Shown one piece after another: positions 1 through 9,501 of a stretch of 64,000 bases of DNA; the stretch's first letter is position 1; each line of letters starts with the position of its first letter. A program made the translations under genes and the position numbers. The stretch lies in the NCBI GenBank assembly GCA_963700285.1, contig CAVOXA010000010.1:1376001-1440000 (forward strand), in the 5' to 3' direction. Origin of the DNA: an uncultured Chloroflexia bacterium. Its GTDB lineage: Bacteria > Chloroflexota > Anaerolineae > JAAYZQ01. The notes below the pieces were generated by a model. It did not search any database. It had not been told where the DNA came from and was given only the letters and a program-made list of their open reading frames with translations.

Positions 1-1073
1 GTTACCGCAACTGGAATACCGGGAAAAAGAAGATCCAATGCCAGGCCCAGGGCGATGCTGGCAAACATGATGGGGAAGATGTAACCGCCTTTCCAGCCTG
101 TGGAGAGTACCAGGGACGTGGCGAACAGTTTGGAAAACCCCAACACGATCAGCATCACCACGCCGATCTCCGCCGCATGGGCGATCAACTCGGCCGTTTC
201 TGACTCGCCCGAGAAGAGCGTAAGCGGCAAGAGGGCGCCGATGATCCCCATGCCCAGACCGCCGAGTAACCCGCGCAGCACTACGCGCTCCTTCATGGCC
301 TGAAAGAGTTTTTGCAAGCGCCTGAGCAAGAGCATGAACAATAACCCGACCAGACCACCGACTACGCCCAGCGGTACAGCGACAGCCATATCCACCAGTC
401 GGGGAGCATACTCCGGGAACTTGTACAACGTCTCGAAAAAAGCCCCGCTGAACAAGACAAAGACCACCGTTGACACGGCCGAGGCCAGCAGGCTGGGAAA
501 AAGCGCCCAGAAATAGAGGGTCGGTCCCGTCACTCCGCCTTGGGCTGACTCCAAACCCAGCAGCGCCCCGCCGAACGGATTGGTGATAAAGGCAGCCAGC
601 ATGCCGCTCAAGCCGCCGTAGCCCATCGCGCGCGTCTGCTTATCGTCGAGCTTGAGTCGATCTGAAGCCCAGGTCCCAATCCCACCGCAGGCATCGGCCA
701 GGGGCGCCTCAGGCCCCAGGCTGGCGCCGGCGACGAGGGATACCAAGGCGGTAACGACGATCCCGGGGGAGTGACGATAGTCAAAGCGCCCCGTCTTGCC
801 GAATTCGAGCATGAGGTCGGCAAAAATCGCGTTGTGATCCCCAAAGATCTTGACCAGGAGACCGACCAGTAGGCCGCCGAGAGAACAGACAATGATAGTA
901 AAGAGGCGAGGATCCATGCCCAGCGCCTGTGCGGCTTCCGTCCACAGCACATGCGTACCTTGGTGGACGAGGGCGATGAAGGCAAAAGTCACCACGGCGC
1001 TGATTACGCCCAACAAGGCTACCAGCGCCATGAGTTTGACATAGGGTCCCGGTCTGGCTTGTGGGTCGATCAT
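1..1073 (-). CDS. ClC-family chloride channel/transporter (3' end runs off the window)
   Basis: Manual translation from ATG 1073 (RBS AGGAGG) gives MIDPQARPGPYVKLMALVALLG...GASLGPEAPL...GWKGGYIFP. These match the ClC GxEGP-like and GxFxP motifs. Absent from the ORF track because there is no stop inside the window. Confidence 0.85.
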   Translation of the reverse strand, partial: MIDPQARPGPYVKLMALVALLGVISAVVTFAFIALVHQGTHVLWTEAAQALGMDPRLFTIIVCSLGGLLVGLLVKIFGDHNAIFADLMLEFGKTGRFDYRHSPGIVVTALVSLVAGASLGPEAPLADACGGIGTWASDRLKLDDKQTRAMGYGGLSGMLAAFITNPFGGALLGLESAQGGVTGPTLYFWALFPSLLASAVSTVVFVLFSGAFFETLYKFPEYAPRLVDMAVAVPLGVVGGLVGLLFMLLLRRLQKLFQAMKERVVLRGLLGGLGMGIIGALLPLTLFSGESETAELIAHAAEIGVVMLIVLGFSKLFATSLVLSTGWKGGYIFPIMFASIALGLALDLLFPGIPVAV

Positions 1074-1229
1074 GGTCACGCCTCCTGCTTCTGGGCCGTG
1101 AACGCCTCTTCGGTGAGGAGCCCCTGGGCGCGCTCAGGCCCAGGGGCTCTAAATGGTAGAAAGGAACGTATCGAGTGTCAGGATATTGCCTCCTGTTTGC
1201 GCGAACAAGTTCGCCCTTGATCAGCGCAG

Positions 1230-1916
1230 TCATGCGTTCGCTTGTTGATTGCGCCCTGGCCGCCAGCGTATGCCCACCAGTGGGTAGACCAGCAGTAGAA
1301 CAGTTTGGAGCAGGTACAAGCCGATGGCTACAGCCGGCACGATGAGCGCCAATGCAACAGCAATGGAGTTCACGCCGATGGAGATCCAACGCTGCTTGGT
1401 GATCCGTCGCAAGGCTTCATCCGTGACGTCGTCCGCCACCAGGGATGGCTCCCGGGTGATGTAGCGGATGAGAAGACTGAGCGTTACGGTCGCGAGGAGA
1501 AAGTTGATGCCGTACACAAACACCGCGACACCAACGTTTGGACTGGACAGGTGCGTGACCATAAGTGTTGTCGTGAAGGGCAGGAGGGCGACGAGCAGCA
1601 ACAGCAGCAGGTTCACTCCGTTGGCAACGGTGTCCCCGCGCTTCATGAGCTTGGTCAGCCCAGAGTGCGTCAACCAGATGCCGCCAATGAAGGCGAAACT
1701 CATAATATAGCCGAGAAAGTCGGGCCATGCTTCCAGCAATGCCGGGATCAGAGGAACATCTGGAGGCGGAACGGGGAGCTCGAGTACCAGCAGCGTGATG
1801 GCGATGGCAAAGACGCCGTCAGAAAACGCGCTAAACCGGTCTTTTGCCGGATACAAGCCCACCTCTGACGGCTTGGTGCCGTTGCTTTCGGAAAGTTGCA
1901 TCGTTTCGTTGTGCAT
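1230..1916 (-). CDS. TMEM175-family potassium channel (DUF1211)
   Basis: RFSAFSDGVFAIAITLLVLEL signature; about 6 TM helices. Confidence 0.9.
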   Translation of the reverse strand: MHNETMQLSESNGTKPSEVGLYPAKDRFSAFSDGVFAIAITLLVLELPVPPPDVPLIPALLEAWPDFLGYIMSFAFIGGIWLTHSGLTKLMKRGDTVANGVNLLLLLLVALLPFTTTLMVTHLSSPNVGVAVFVYGINFLLATVTLSLLIRYITREPSLVADDVTDEALRRITKQRWISIGVNSIAVALALIVPAVAIGLYLLQTVLLLVYPLVGIRWRPGRNQQANA

Positions 1917-1955
1917 GATTGCCTTCCTGTCAGATAAAGGATGTGGCTGAAGTTG

Positions 1956-3701
1956 CTATGTTTCTGCCGATTGGCTGAGTTCATTCTCGATAGAGCGCAC
2001 GGCTGCATCCACGGTTGAAAATAGATGATCGGCGCCGATCACATCGAGCAAACCAGTCTTTGCGCTGAACGCCAACACGGCATCTTGTACCTCGGCGAAA
2101 TAGGTCAAGATCCCTTGATTGTGTAGCTTCTTGACGAGGCTTTCCAGCATGTTGGAACTGGTGATATCCAGCCCACTCTGTACCGCGGCGTCAAAGAGCA
2201 CGGCCGTCACCGGTTGGTCCGACTCCTTGATCATGTCCATTACCTTGTCGCGGACCGTCAAAGCATTGGCATAGTAGATCGGCGCGTCAAGCCGCAAGAT
2301 GAGTACGCCAGGCACGGGCACGCTCTCAGGATGGCGGGCGACGGCCGAGTATGCTCCGGCAGCATCAGGCGCTTTCCCCAAACGAGACAGATGCGGACGG
2401 CTGGATCGATAGACGATGAGCAGCAGCGCACTCACCAGCCCGACGAGCATGCCTTGCAGCACCCCGATAAAGATCACGCCGGCAAACGTCAGCAGACCCA
2501 GCGCGAATTCCGGGCGCGATACAAGGCGCGCGCGCTGCAACTTGCGCGACGCGACAATGTGCCACAGGGCATGAAGGATCAGGGCTGCCAGTATCGTTTC
2601 GGGCAAGTTCGTAAAGAGCGGCGTGAGGAATAACAGCGTCAGTATCACCGCGACCCAGGCGACGAGGCCCACAACCTGAGATCGCCCGCCGGCGCCATCA
2701 TTCACGGCCGAAGGCGCCATACTGCCGCCCGCAATCTGTCCGCCAAACAGGCCACTGGCGAGATTAATGACGGCGGAGGCATTCAGTTCCTGATTCGGCT
2801 CAATCTCATAATCGTGCTCGTCTGCATATTGATGCTCAACGCCCAGCGTTTGGCTGAAGGCGACGAGCAAGACCCCGATCGCCGGCACGATCATGAGCGG
2901 CAGCGCCGTCCAGGACACAGCCGGCAAGCCAAAAGAGGGCAGGCCTTTGGGCAAAACACCGACGACCTCTACGCCATAGTTGGCGCTCAGGTTGAGAGCC
3001 GCGCTCAGGACAATCGAGCCGAACAAAACGATCAGTCCGGCTGGTATCTTTTTGTTCCAGCGTGGTATTAGAATCAAGAGTGCCAGCGCGCCTGCCCCCA
3101 GGGCAAAGGTGACCCAATTGGCCTCCGGCAATTCACGCAGAATGCCAAAAAACTTTTGCACCGTATTGCCCGCAGGTTTCTCCACACCGAAGAGCTTGTT
3201 GAGCTGCCCGACCATGACAAACACGGCCAGGCCGGTCACAAACCCATCCAATACCGGTTTGGACAGAAACTGGGTGATGAAACCAAGGCGCGCAAGGCCG
3301 GCGACCAGAAATACCGCGCCGACAACCAGGGTAAAGGCAACGGCATACTGTTGGTACATCGCTGGATCGATGTCCGCCCCGCTGGCGACGATCCCGGCCG
3401 CGACCATGACCGCGGTCACCGACGAAGCGATCAGGGCGGCCGTGGCCGAAGTCGGCTGGACAATGAGGTGACGCGATGTCCCTAGTACGGCGTACAGGAG
3501 CAGCGAAACCACGAGGGTGTAGAGGCCAAACTGGGGCGGCAGGCCGGCAACGCCGGCGTAGGCCATGGATTCAGGCACGATCAATCCCCACACGGTCAGC
3601 CCGGCGATGGCGTCCGCGCTCAGCCAACTGCGATCGTAGGCGGGCAACCATGATAGGATTGGAATACTGCGTTTGAGCCAGGAAGTTTCCATCGAGATCA
3701 C
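1956..3701 (-). CDS. sulP: SulP/SLC26 anion permease with C-terminal STAS domain
   Basis: DAIAGLTV...PESMAYA...GLY N-terminal motif; LRLDAPIYYANA STAS motif; 581 aa. Confidence 0.95.
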   Translation of the reverse strand: MISMETSWLKRSIPILSWLPAYDRSWLSADAIAGLTVWGLIVPESMAYAGVAGLPPQFGLYTLVVSLLLYAVLGTSRHLIVQPTSATAALIASSVTAVMVAAGIVASGADIDPAMYQQYAVAFTLVVGAVFLVAGLARLGFITQFLSKPVLDGFVTGLAVFVMVGQLNKLFGVEKPAGNTVQKFFGILRELPEANWVTFALGAGALALLILIPRWNKKIPAGLIVLFGSIVLSAALNLSANYGVEVVGVLPKGLPSFGLPAVSWTALPLMIVPAIGVLLVAFSQTLGVEHQYADEHDYEIEPNQELNASAVINLASGLFGGQIAGGSMAPSAVNDGAGGRSQVVGLVAWVAVILTLLFLTPLFTNLPETILAALILHALWHIVASRKLQRARLVSRPEFALGLLTFAGVIFIGVLQGMLVGLVSALLLIVYRSSRPHLSRLGKAPDAAGAYSAVARHPESVPVPGVLILRLDAPIYYANALTVRDKVMDMIKESDQPVTAVLFDAAVQSGLDITSSNMLESLVKKLHNQGILTYFAEVQDAVLAFSAKTGLLDVIGADHLFSTVDAAVRSIENELSQSAET

Positions 3702-3744
3702 TCCTTTACTTGGTACTCGCGCTCATCAATCTTCTGGGTGCTTC

Positions 3745-3833
3745 GTATGTTCTCAACAATCCGGCGGAGGGCGGGTTGTGTACCGGCGGCTTCACCGCCC
3801 GTACACAACCCACTCCATTCTTTGAGAAGATAC
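3745..3833. repeat. MITE/REP-like element, copy 1 (central GGGTTGTGT..ACACAACCC hairpin, terminal inverted repeat GTATGTTCTCAA/TTGAGAAGATAC)
   Basis: Hairpin at 3773-3811; related copy at ~23952-24036. Confidence 0.65.
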
Positions 3834-3871
3834 CGCCATCTTGAGCAGTCTGGCAGTAGCGAGTGATTGCG

Positions 3872-4702
3872 CTAGGAATTGGTTGCGTCGGCCTCGCCAG
3901 ACGCTTCATCCTCTTCGGCAATGGCGACGACGTCGGCGATAGCGGCGCCTTCAGCCGTGATCACGCCTTCTTCGACCGCTACACCCTCTGCGGTCGCCGC
4001 AGCGACCTCATAGGCAGCGCCGTCAGCCGTGATCACAGCCGCGCCGACAACCACTGCATCGTCAGTGAGCACTGCGCCCACGACTTCGACGCTCTCCGCG
4101 TCGGCGGCGATTTCCTTGATAGCGAGCCCTTCCTCGCTCAGGAGCAAACCGATGGCCACGCTCTTGCCCTCTCCGAGACGCTCCGAGAGTTCGGCGGCCA
4201 GATTGCTGACGGTCGCACGGATATTCTCGATGGGCACCTGCTGCTGCACCGCTTTCAGGAAATCATGGCTGGTAATGGCGGCGACGGCAGAGGTTCCCGG
4301 CTGCAAGGCCACGCCGACCGTATTCAGGCTTTCGTTCCTAAAGCCTGAATCTCGATGTGCTGCTGCGGCGCCAATGGCTGCTCCGGCGCTGGCGCCAAGC
4401 GCGACACCCGCCGGTCCGCCCAGAATGCCCAGAACGCCGCCGACAAGCGCGCCAACGCCAGCGCCTTTACCGGTGCTCATGTCACCTGTCTCGTGATAAT
4501 GGACCTTGCCTTGGGCATCCTGCTTGATGACAGCGGCATCTTCGAAGTAGAACTGCTGTTGTTTCTTGGCGTCTTTCATCGCATCCAGCGCCTGGTCAGC
4601 GGCGTTTTCATCGGTAAACGCTACCACCAGGAATCCGACGGCGGGCACGGCCTCCGGTGCTGCATCCTGCGGTGTTGCGGTCTGCTGGTCTGAATCGCTC
4701 AT
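3872..4702 (-). CDS. DUF1269-family membrane protein with acidic Ala/Val-rich C-terminal extension
   Basis: DAAVIKQDAQGKVHYHET...GAGVGALVGGVLGILGGPAG...LQPGTSA; likely start MSDSDQQ at 4702. Confidence 0.8.
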   Translation of the reverse strand: MSDSDQQTATPQDAAPEAVPAVGFLVVAFTDENAADQALDAMKDAKKQQQFYFEDAAVIKQDAQGKVHYHETGDMSTGKGAGVGALVGGVLGILGGPAGVALGASAGAAIGAAAAHRDSGFRNESLNTVGVALQPGTSAVAAITSHDFLKAVQQQVPIENIRATVSNLAAELSERLGEGKSVAIGLLLSEEGLAIKEIAADAESVEVVGAVLTDDAVVVGAAVITADGAAYEVAAATAEGVAVEEGVITAEGAAIADVVAIAEEDEASGEADATNS

Positions 4703-4823
4703 GATAATTCTCCTTGATTGAATGATGGTTGGTTTTCCACGAATGCTCAATCTTTCAAGCCTTTCGTGCATTGAAGGTTGGAAATCCACTTTCTGAAACG
4801 GAGAAGCGGCGTTTCACCTGTTG

Positions 4824-5657
4824 TTATTGATCGGCGCGCTCTTGAAGCGCTTCGCCTGCTGCAGCGGTCGCTTCGCCTACACCCATCTCTTCGGCGCCAG
4901 CGGCGATTTCGGCCACACCGGCCTCGGCGGCTTCTCTGGCCACAGCGCCTGCGACAGCAGCCGTTGCCAATTCGTCGACGCCCTGGGCGGCCAACAAATC
5001 ACTTGCCATCGCCAGTTCCTCACTGCGCTCGGCGGCTGCGTCGGCCACGGCCATCCGCACCATACCCTCGTTGATCTCGTCCTCGCCCATGGCTTCGATG
5101 TCTTCGCCCGTCTCCTCCATCGCGCCGGCCAGTGCTCGTGTGCCGACCGCACGCAGCAGTTGATCGACGGCGATCTCTTGCAGGCGCATGCCACGCATTT
5201 CCAGGAATGCGGCCAGCACCGGCATCTCCAACAGATCGGCCAGATCGGACACCGTCGACATCTCGCCGGCCATCCGCGCCAGTTCCATGCCACGGTCCAG
5301 ATCGTCCCAACTCATCAGACCGACGAGCGCGCCCATCGCGCGCACGTCGCCGCCCTTCAGCAGCATGTCGACACCTTCCGTCACGTCCACCACGCCGGCT
5401 TCGCCGACGATGTCGCTCAACTGCTGCATGCGTTCGGCCGCTACCGCGGCATCGACCGATCGGGTCAGGTCACTGGCGCCGGCCGCGACTTCGGCCACGC
5501 CGACTGCGACGGCGGCTCTCGCCACCTCCAAATCTTGCGCGCCTTCGACCATGCCGGCAGCACCTTCGACTTCGGCGATCGTGCCGACGACTTCCAGTTC
5601 TTCGCCGGTCTCGGCCAACTTTGCCTTACTTACAGATACACGTTGTGACTTTGCCAT
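4824..5657 (-). CDS. Ala/Glu-rich hypothetical protein
   Basis: 277-aa ORF with RBS (AGGAGG), predicted helical; no family recognised. Confidence 0.75.
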   Translation of the reverse strand: MAKSQRVSVSKAKLAETGEELEVVGTIAEVEGAAGMVEGAQDLEVARAAVAVGVAEVAAGASDLTRSVDAAVAAERMQQLSDIVGEAGVVDVTEGVDMLLKGGDVRAMGALVGLMSWDDLDRGMELARMAGEMSTVSDLADLLEMPVLAAFLEMRGMRLQEIAVDQLLRAVGTRALAGAMEETGEDIEAMGEDEINEGMVRMAVADAAAERSEELAMASDLLAAQGVDELATAAVAGAVAREAAEAGVAEIAAGAEEMGVGEATAAAGEALQERADQ

Positions 5658-5775
5658 TGGATTTGCCTCCTGAGTGAAACTGAGTGAATTGAGTGGGCTA
5701 AATGCCCGTTATTGCAAGCATGTCAGCGCTGGTTTCAGATGTTACCTCCTTTGCCTGGGTTGGCGCTGCCGCGTC

Positions 5776-5871
5776 CTACTCCCGGGCGGTTACATACAGC
5801 CCCAGGCTGGTCACTTTTCCTTCACGCACCTGGTGGCTGGAATGTGGGGTGGATATTTCAACAGTGTTCAT
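5776..5871 (-). pseudogene. Truncated 5' duplicate of the rhodanese gene (31 codons)
   Basis: MNTVEISTPHSSHQVREGKVTSLGLYVTARE*; near-identical to 7380-7472. Confidence 0.85.
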
Positions 5872-5894
5872 CTACCTTCTCCCTGGAGGTGCAG

Positions 5895-6788
5895 TTACTT
5901 CGCTTGTACAGCCGGCGCATCCGGCGATACTTCCGGCGCCGCCGTCTCACCGCGTGAGCCCAACCACTTGGCCGTCGATATCAAGATTATCGGTAAGACA
6001 ATGGACGCCACCAGCACAAATGGGAGCGCATTCGTGTTGGCAAAGTTTGCCAGGGTGACGACAAGGGCAGCCGACACATTGCGCTGCGCCGTGCCCAGGC
6101 CCGTTACATTGCGGACGCCTGGATCTCGGCCGCCAATCGCAAAGCCGATCAGTAGACTAACAAAGATAAAGAGCAGCAGCGCCAGGAAGCCCCACGAGCC
6201 GATCAGGCTGATTACGTTGGAGGCATTCAGCCCCAGCCCGACCACCAGCAGGATCAGGATTCCCAGGCCGCCGATCTTGTTCATTACCGGCTGCCAGTTT
6301 TTGGCCGTGTCGGGCGCGTGTGACTTGACCAGCAGGCCCAGTATCAGCGGGATCAGCATCAGCACGATCAGCGACTTGGCAATAGCCGGCGCATCCACGT
6401 CAATGCCCTGCAGGAGCAGCGGTAGTACCAGGGGTAGGAAGAAAATGGTCACGACCATCAGGAGGGTCATCAACCCGACGGCAAGGGCCAGGTTGGCCTT
6501 GGCGCCTTGCGCCTCCAGGACCAGGAAGGGCGCGCCTGCGGAACAGGCCAGGATCATCAATCCGATCTTGAGCGAATCTTCGAGCGGGAGGATCCGCGAG
6601 ATCCCATAGGCGAGGAGAGGTACCAGCACAAAGTTGGCCAGCAGCGCCAGGATCACCAGGCGCGCATTCTTCAACGGTTGGACGATCTGGGACAGGGTCA
6701 GGCCCAGGCCCATTGCCAACATGCTGCCCACGATGCCGAGCAGACCGGACACCTGGGCAATGATGGTCAACAACTCATTACCGGTCAT
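5895..6788 (-). CDS. Bile acid:sodium symporter (BASS/SBF) family transporter
   Basis: MLAMGLGLT, LANFVLVPLLAY and GTAQRN motifs; about 9 TM helices. Confidence 0.88.
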   Translation of the reverse strand: MTGNELLTIIAQVSGLLGIVGSMLAMGLGLTLSQIVQPLKNARLVILALLANFVLVPLLAYGISRILPLEDSLKIGLMILACSAGAPFLVLEAQGAKANLALAVGLMTLLMVVTIFFLPLVLPLLLQGIDVDAPAIAKSLIVLMLIPLILGLLVKSHAPDTAKNWQPVMNKIGGLGILILLVVGLGLNASNVISLIGSWGFLALLLFIFVSLLIGFAIGGRDPGVRNVTGLGTAQRNVSAALVVTLANFANTNALPFVLVASIVLPIILISTAKWLGSRGETAAPEVSPDAPAVQAK

Positions 6789-6834
6789 GATCTATCCTCC
6801 TTGATTTCCAGCTCGCGGGAGCACGGAACATAGT

Positions 6835-6881
6835 TGGTTCGAGCCGTGCAAGCCCGTCGAGGGCTTGCACGGCTCGAACCA
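6835..6881. terminator. Perfect 21-bp stem-loop between the rhodanese and BASS genes
   Basis: TGGTTCGAGCCGTGCAAGCCC-gtcga-GGGCTTGCACGGCTCGAACCA. Confidence 0.6.
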
Positions 6882-6902
6882 GTAAAAAGGGCCGGATCGA
6901 GA

Positions 6903-7472
6903 TTACAGGTCCAGGGTATTGCTGAGTATTTCCAGCTCTGCCTCAGACGGAAGCCAGACCAGCTCGGGGTCGAGATCGTAGGTCCATGGAGCTGAGTTCT
7001 TCCACCCGTTCCGCATTCGTTTGCCGTGATAGACGCTTTCGGGGTCTTCCACCTTGTCCCCTTCAAAGCCATCAATGATGTTGTACAGGTTCGTAAAGCC
7101 GGCCTTGGCCAGCGCATTGATCGCCATGGCGCTGCGATCGCCCGACCGGCAGTGGACCAGGATCGTTTCATCCGGCTTGAAACGCTCTTTTACATGAGCG
7201 ATGAAATCGGCATTGATCACCACAGAATAGTTGCCCTTGCCGGCATCCCAAGTGTAGGTGGGGAAGGCCAGCGGAATGTTCGCCGCCATCTCCGCATGGC
7301 CGATCAGTACGTACTCTTCGAAGGTGCGAACGTCAAGGACCTTGACCCGCTCAGGATCGGCCTTCCACATCTCGTAGGCCTCCCGGGCGGTTACATACAG
7401 CCCCAGGCTGGTCACTTTTCCTTCACGCACCTGGTGGCTTGAATGAGGGGTGGTGATTTCAACAGTGCTCAT
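6903..7472 (-). CDS. Rhodanese-like sulfurtransferase
   Basis: VLDVRTFEEY..GH and the active-site loop CRSGDRS; GFEG..GWK. Confidence 0.9.
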   Translation of the reverse strand: MSTVEITTPHSSHQVREGKVTSLGLYVTAREAYEMWKADPERVKVLDVRTFEEYVLIGHAEMAANIPLAFPTYTWDAGKGNYSVVINADFIAHVKERFKPDETILVHCRSGDRSAMAINALAKAGFTNLYNIIDGFEGDKVEDPESVYHGKRMRNGWKNSAPWTYDLDPELVWLPSEAELEILSNTLDL

Positions 7473-7475
7473 TTT

Positions 7476-7621
7476 CTAATCTCCTTTTTGGGTAGCCTCA
7501 ATATGCTGCACGGCTTGATCAACGGTTGAAAACAGATGGTCTGCGCCGATCAGATCGAGCAAACCAGTCTTTGCGCTATACTCCAACACCGGTTGGTGCA
7601 CCTCGGCGAAATAGGTCAAGA
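7476..7621 (-). pseudogene. 3' remnant of a second sulP (end of STAS domain)
   Basis: LTYFAEVHQPVLEYSAKTGLLDLIGADHLFSTVDQAVQHIEATQKGD*; homologous to 1998-2110. Confidence 0.85.
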
Positions 7622-7641
7622 GTCCTTCTCAAGGTTGCGCA

Positions 7642-8501
7642 TCAAAAGTCAGGATCCGGAAACGCTGGCTCCCGACCTTCAGTGAAGGCAAGGATGCCCT
7701 GGACACGGTCGGGATGGACTACCGAACGCCAGTGCTCATCCATCATGATCGCGATCGCCTGCTCGACAGGCTCGCCTTGCCCATTTTGAACGGCACGCTT
7801 TGACCGACTGTACCGCCGTGGGCGAGTTGTCCGCGATCTTTTCCGCGATGCTGAGCGCCGCACTCATGAGTTCGGCCCTGGGGTGGACCTCGTTGACCAT
7901 TCCAAGCCGGTACGCCTCCTGGGCGGTGATCGGTTCCCCGGTCATCAGCATCTGCATGGCCTTCCCCGGCGGGAGGACACGCGGAAGGAAGACCGGCGAG
8001 CCGCCACCGGCGGACAAGCCGACCATTGCCTCAGGCTGGCCGAAGAGGGCGTCGTCGGAGGCGATGATAAAGTCCGTGCTGATGGCCATCTCGCAGCCAC
8101 CGCCGTAGGCCATCCCGTGCACTGCGGCGAAGATCGGCCTGCGTAATTGGCGCAGCGTGTAGAGAACACGATCGAAGACCAGGCGCTGGCGCAGCCATTC
8201 CTCTTTTGTCATCTTGCTTGCGCTGGTACAGGTCGCCGCCGACGGAGAAGGCTCTGTCACCGGCTCCGGTCAGGATGGCGACGCGCACGGAGGGACGGGC
8301 CGCGATCGTCTCGAGGATCTCGATCAGTTGTGCCGCCAGTTCCGTCGTGATGGCGTTGTCGGCATGCGGCCGGTTGAGGGTGATGGTCGCCACGCGCCCG
8401 CCGGAGACGTATTCGACGAGCACGAGCTGATCAGGCTCGGCGACATCAGCCGGCGCACGGTAACCGAGCCGTTTCATTCGAGTATCTTTATTGTCAGTCA
8501 T
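7642..8501 (-). CDS. Enoyl-CoA hydratase/isomerase family protein (frameshifted)
   Basis: ATITLNRP..NAI, AFSVGGDL and GMAYGGGCE..FGQPE, split over three ORFs. Confidence 0.85.
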
Positions 8502-8552
8502 GTTCTCCCTCAATGTGTTTCTTTCACGTCGTCCGTTCGAGGTGTACGGCCC

Positions 8553-9391
8553 TCAGATCCAGGTCACGTCAACAGGCTTGCGCACAGGAATTCGGTGGTA
8601 CTTTTCAGCCGGATAGCCAATCACGCACGTCGCATGCGGAATATAGCCTTCCGGCAGCTCCAAGCATCTCAATCAGAGGCGGGTAGCCTTGAGCGGCGGT
8701 GTTGATAGCTGCCGGTAAAAGTAGTTCCCAGACCGAGTCCAGGCGCTGCCAGTTGAATTTGGTGAATGGCAATCATGGCTGCCGGAGGGGCCGTCCGCTC
8801 ATCTTTCGGGGCACAGGCCATGATGATGCACGGCGCCCCCCGCGAAATGCGATCCTGACCCAACTCCCACGGCTCGACAAACAATTCCAGATTGGCTTCT
8901 TCGTAGAGTGCCGGGTTCTTTTCCTTGACGGCTTTCATCCAGTCGATGGTCATCTCGGCTATCCGGTGAACCTTCGCCGGATCGTTGATCACGACCCAGT
9001 GAATCACCTGGCGGTTCGCTCCGTTCGGCGCATAGCGGGCCACATCCAGCAACTGCAAGACCTTTTCTTTTTCGATGGGCTTGTCTGATATAGCCACGAA
9101 TGGAACGCCGCGAGATCAGGTACTGTCTGACCCGATCCCATCTGGGGATCAGATGAATATCGATCTCCTCGCAATCCTCAGGCCCCATCGAGCGCTGGTG
9201 CATGGCTCCGGTCGGACAGATGGCGACGCAGTGGCCGCAGTCAATACAGAGATCCCATCCGTTTTCGATGGGGACGGGGAAATCCTCCTTGGTAATCAGA
9301 CCGCCCGGACAGGCCCGGATGCAAGCGCCGCAGGTGATGCATAGATTCTCGTCAACTTTGATCATGGTGTCGAGTTGATAGGTTGGTTCAT
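8553..9391 (-). CDS. Nitroreductase with N-terminal 2x[4Fe-4S] ferredoxin domain (frameshifted)
   Basis: CITCGACIRACP and CIDCGHCVAICP; RRSIR; APNGANRQ; ends IGYP..YHRIPVRK..VTWI*. Confidence 0.85.
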
Positions 9392-9501
9392 CTTTCCTCC
9401 ATGTTCGATGGCATTTAGCGTCAGTATTCGTCAGTCTGCCTGCAATCTGACGCCGTGTTAGGCTTGGCCAGTCCCAGGATGCCTGTCTGCAGATTGTAAG
9501 G

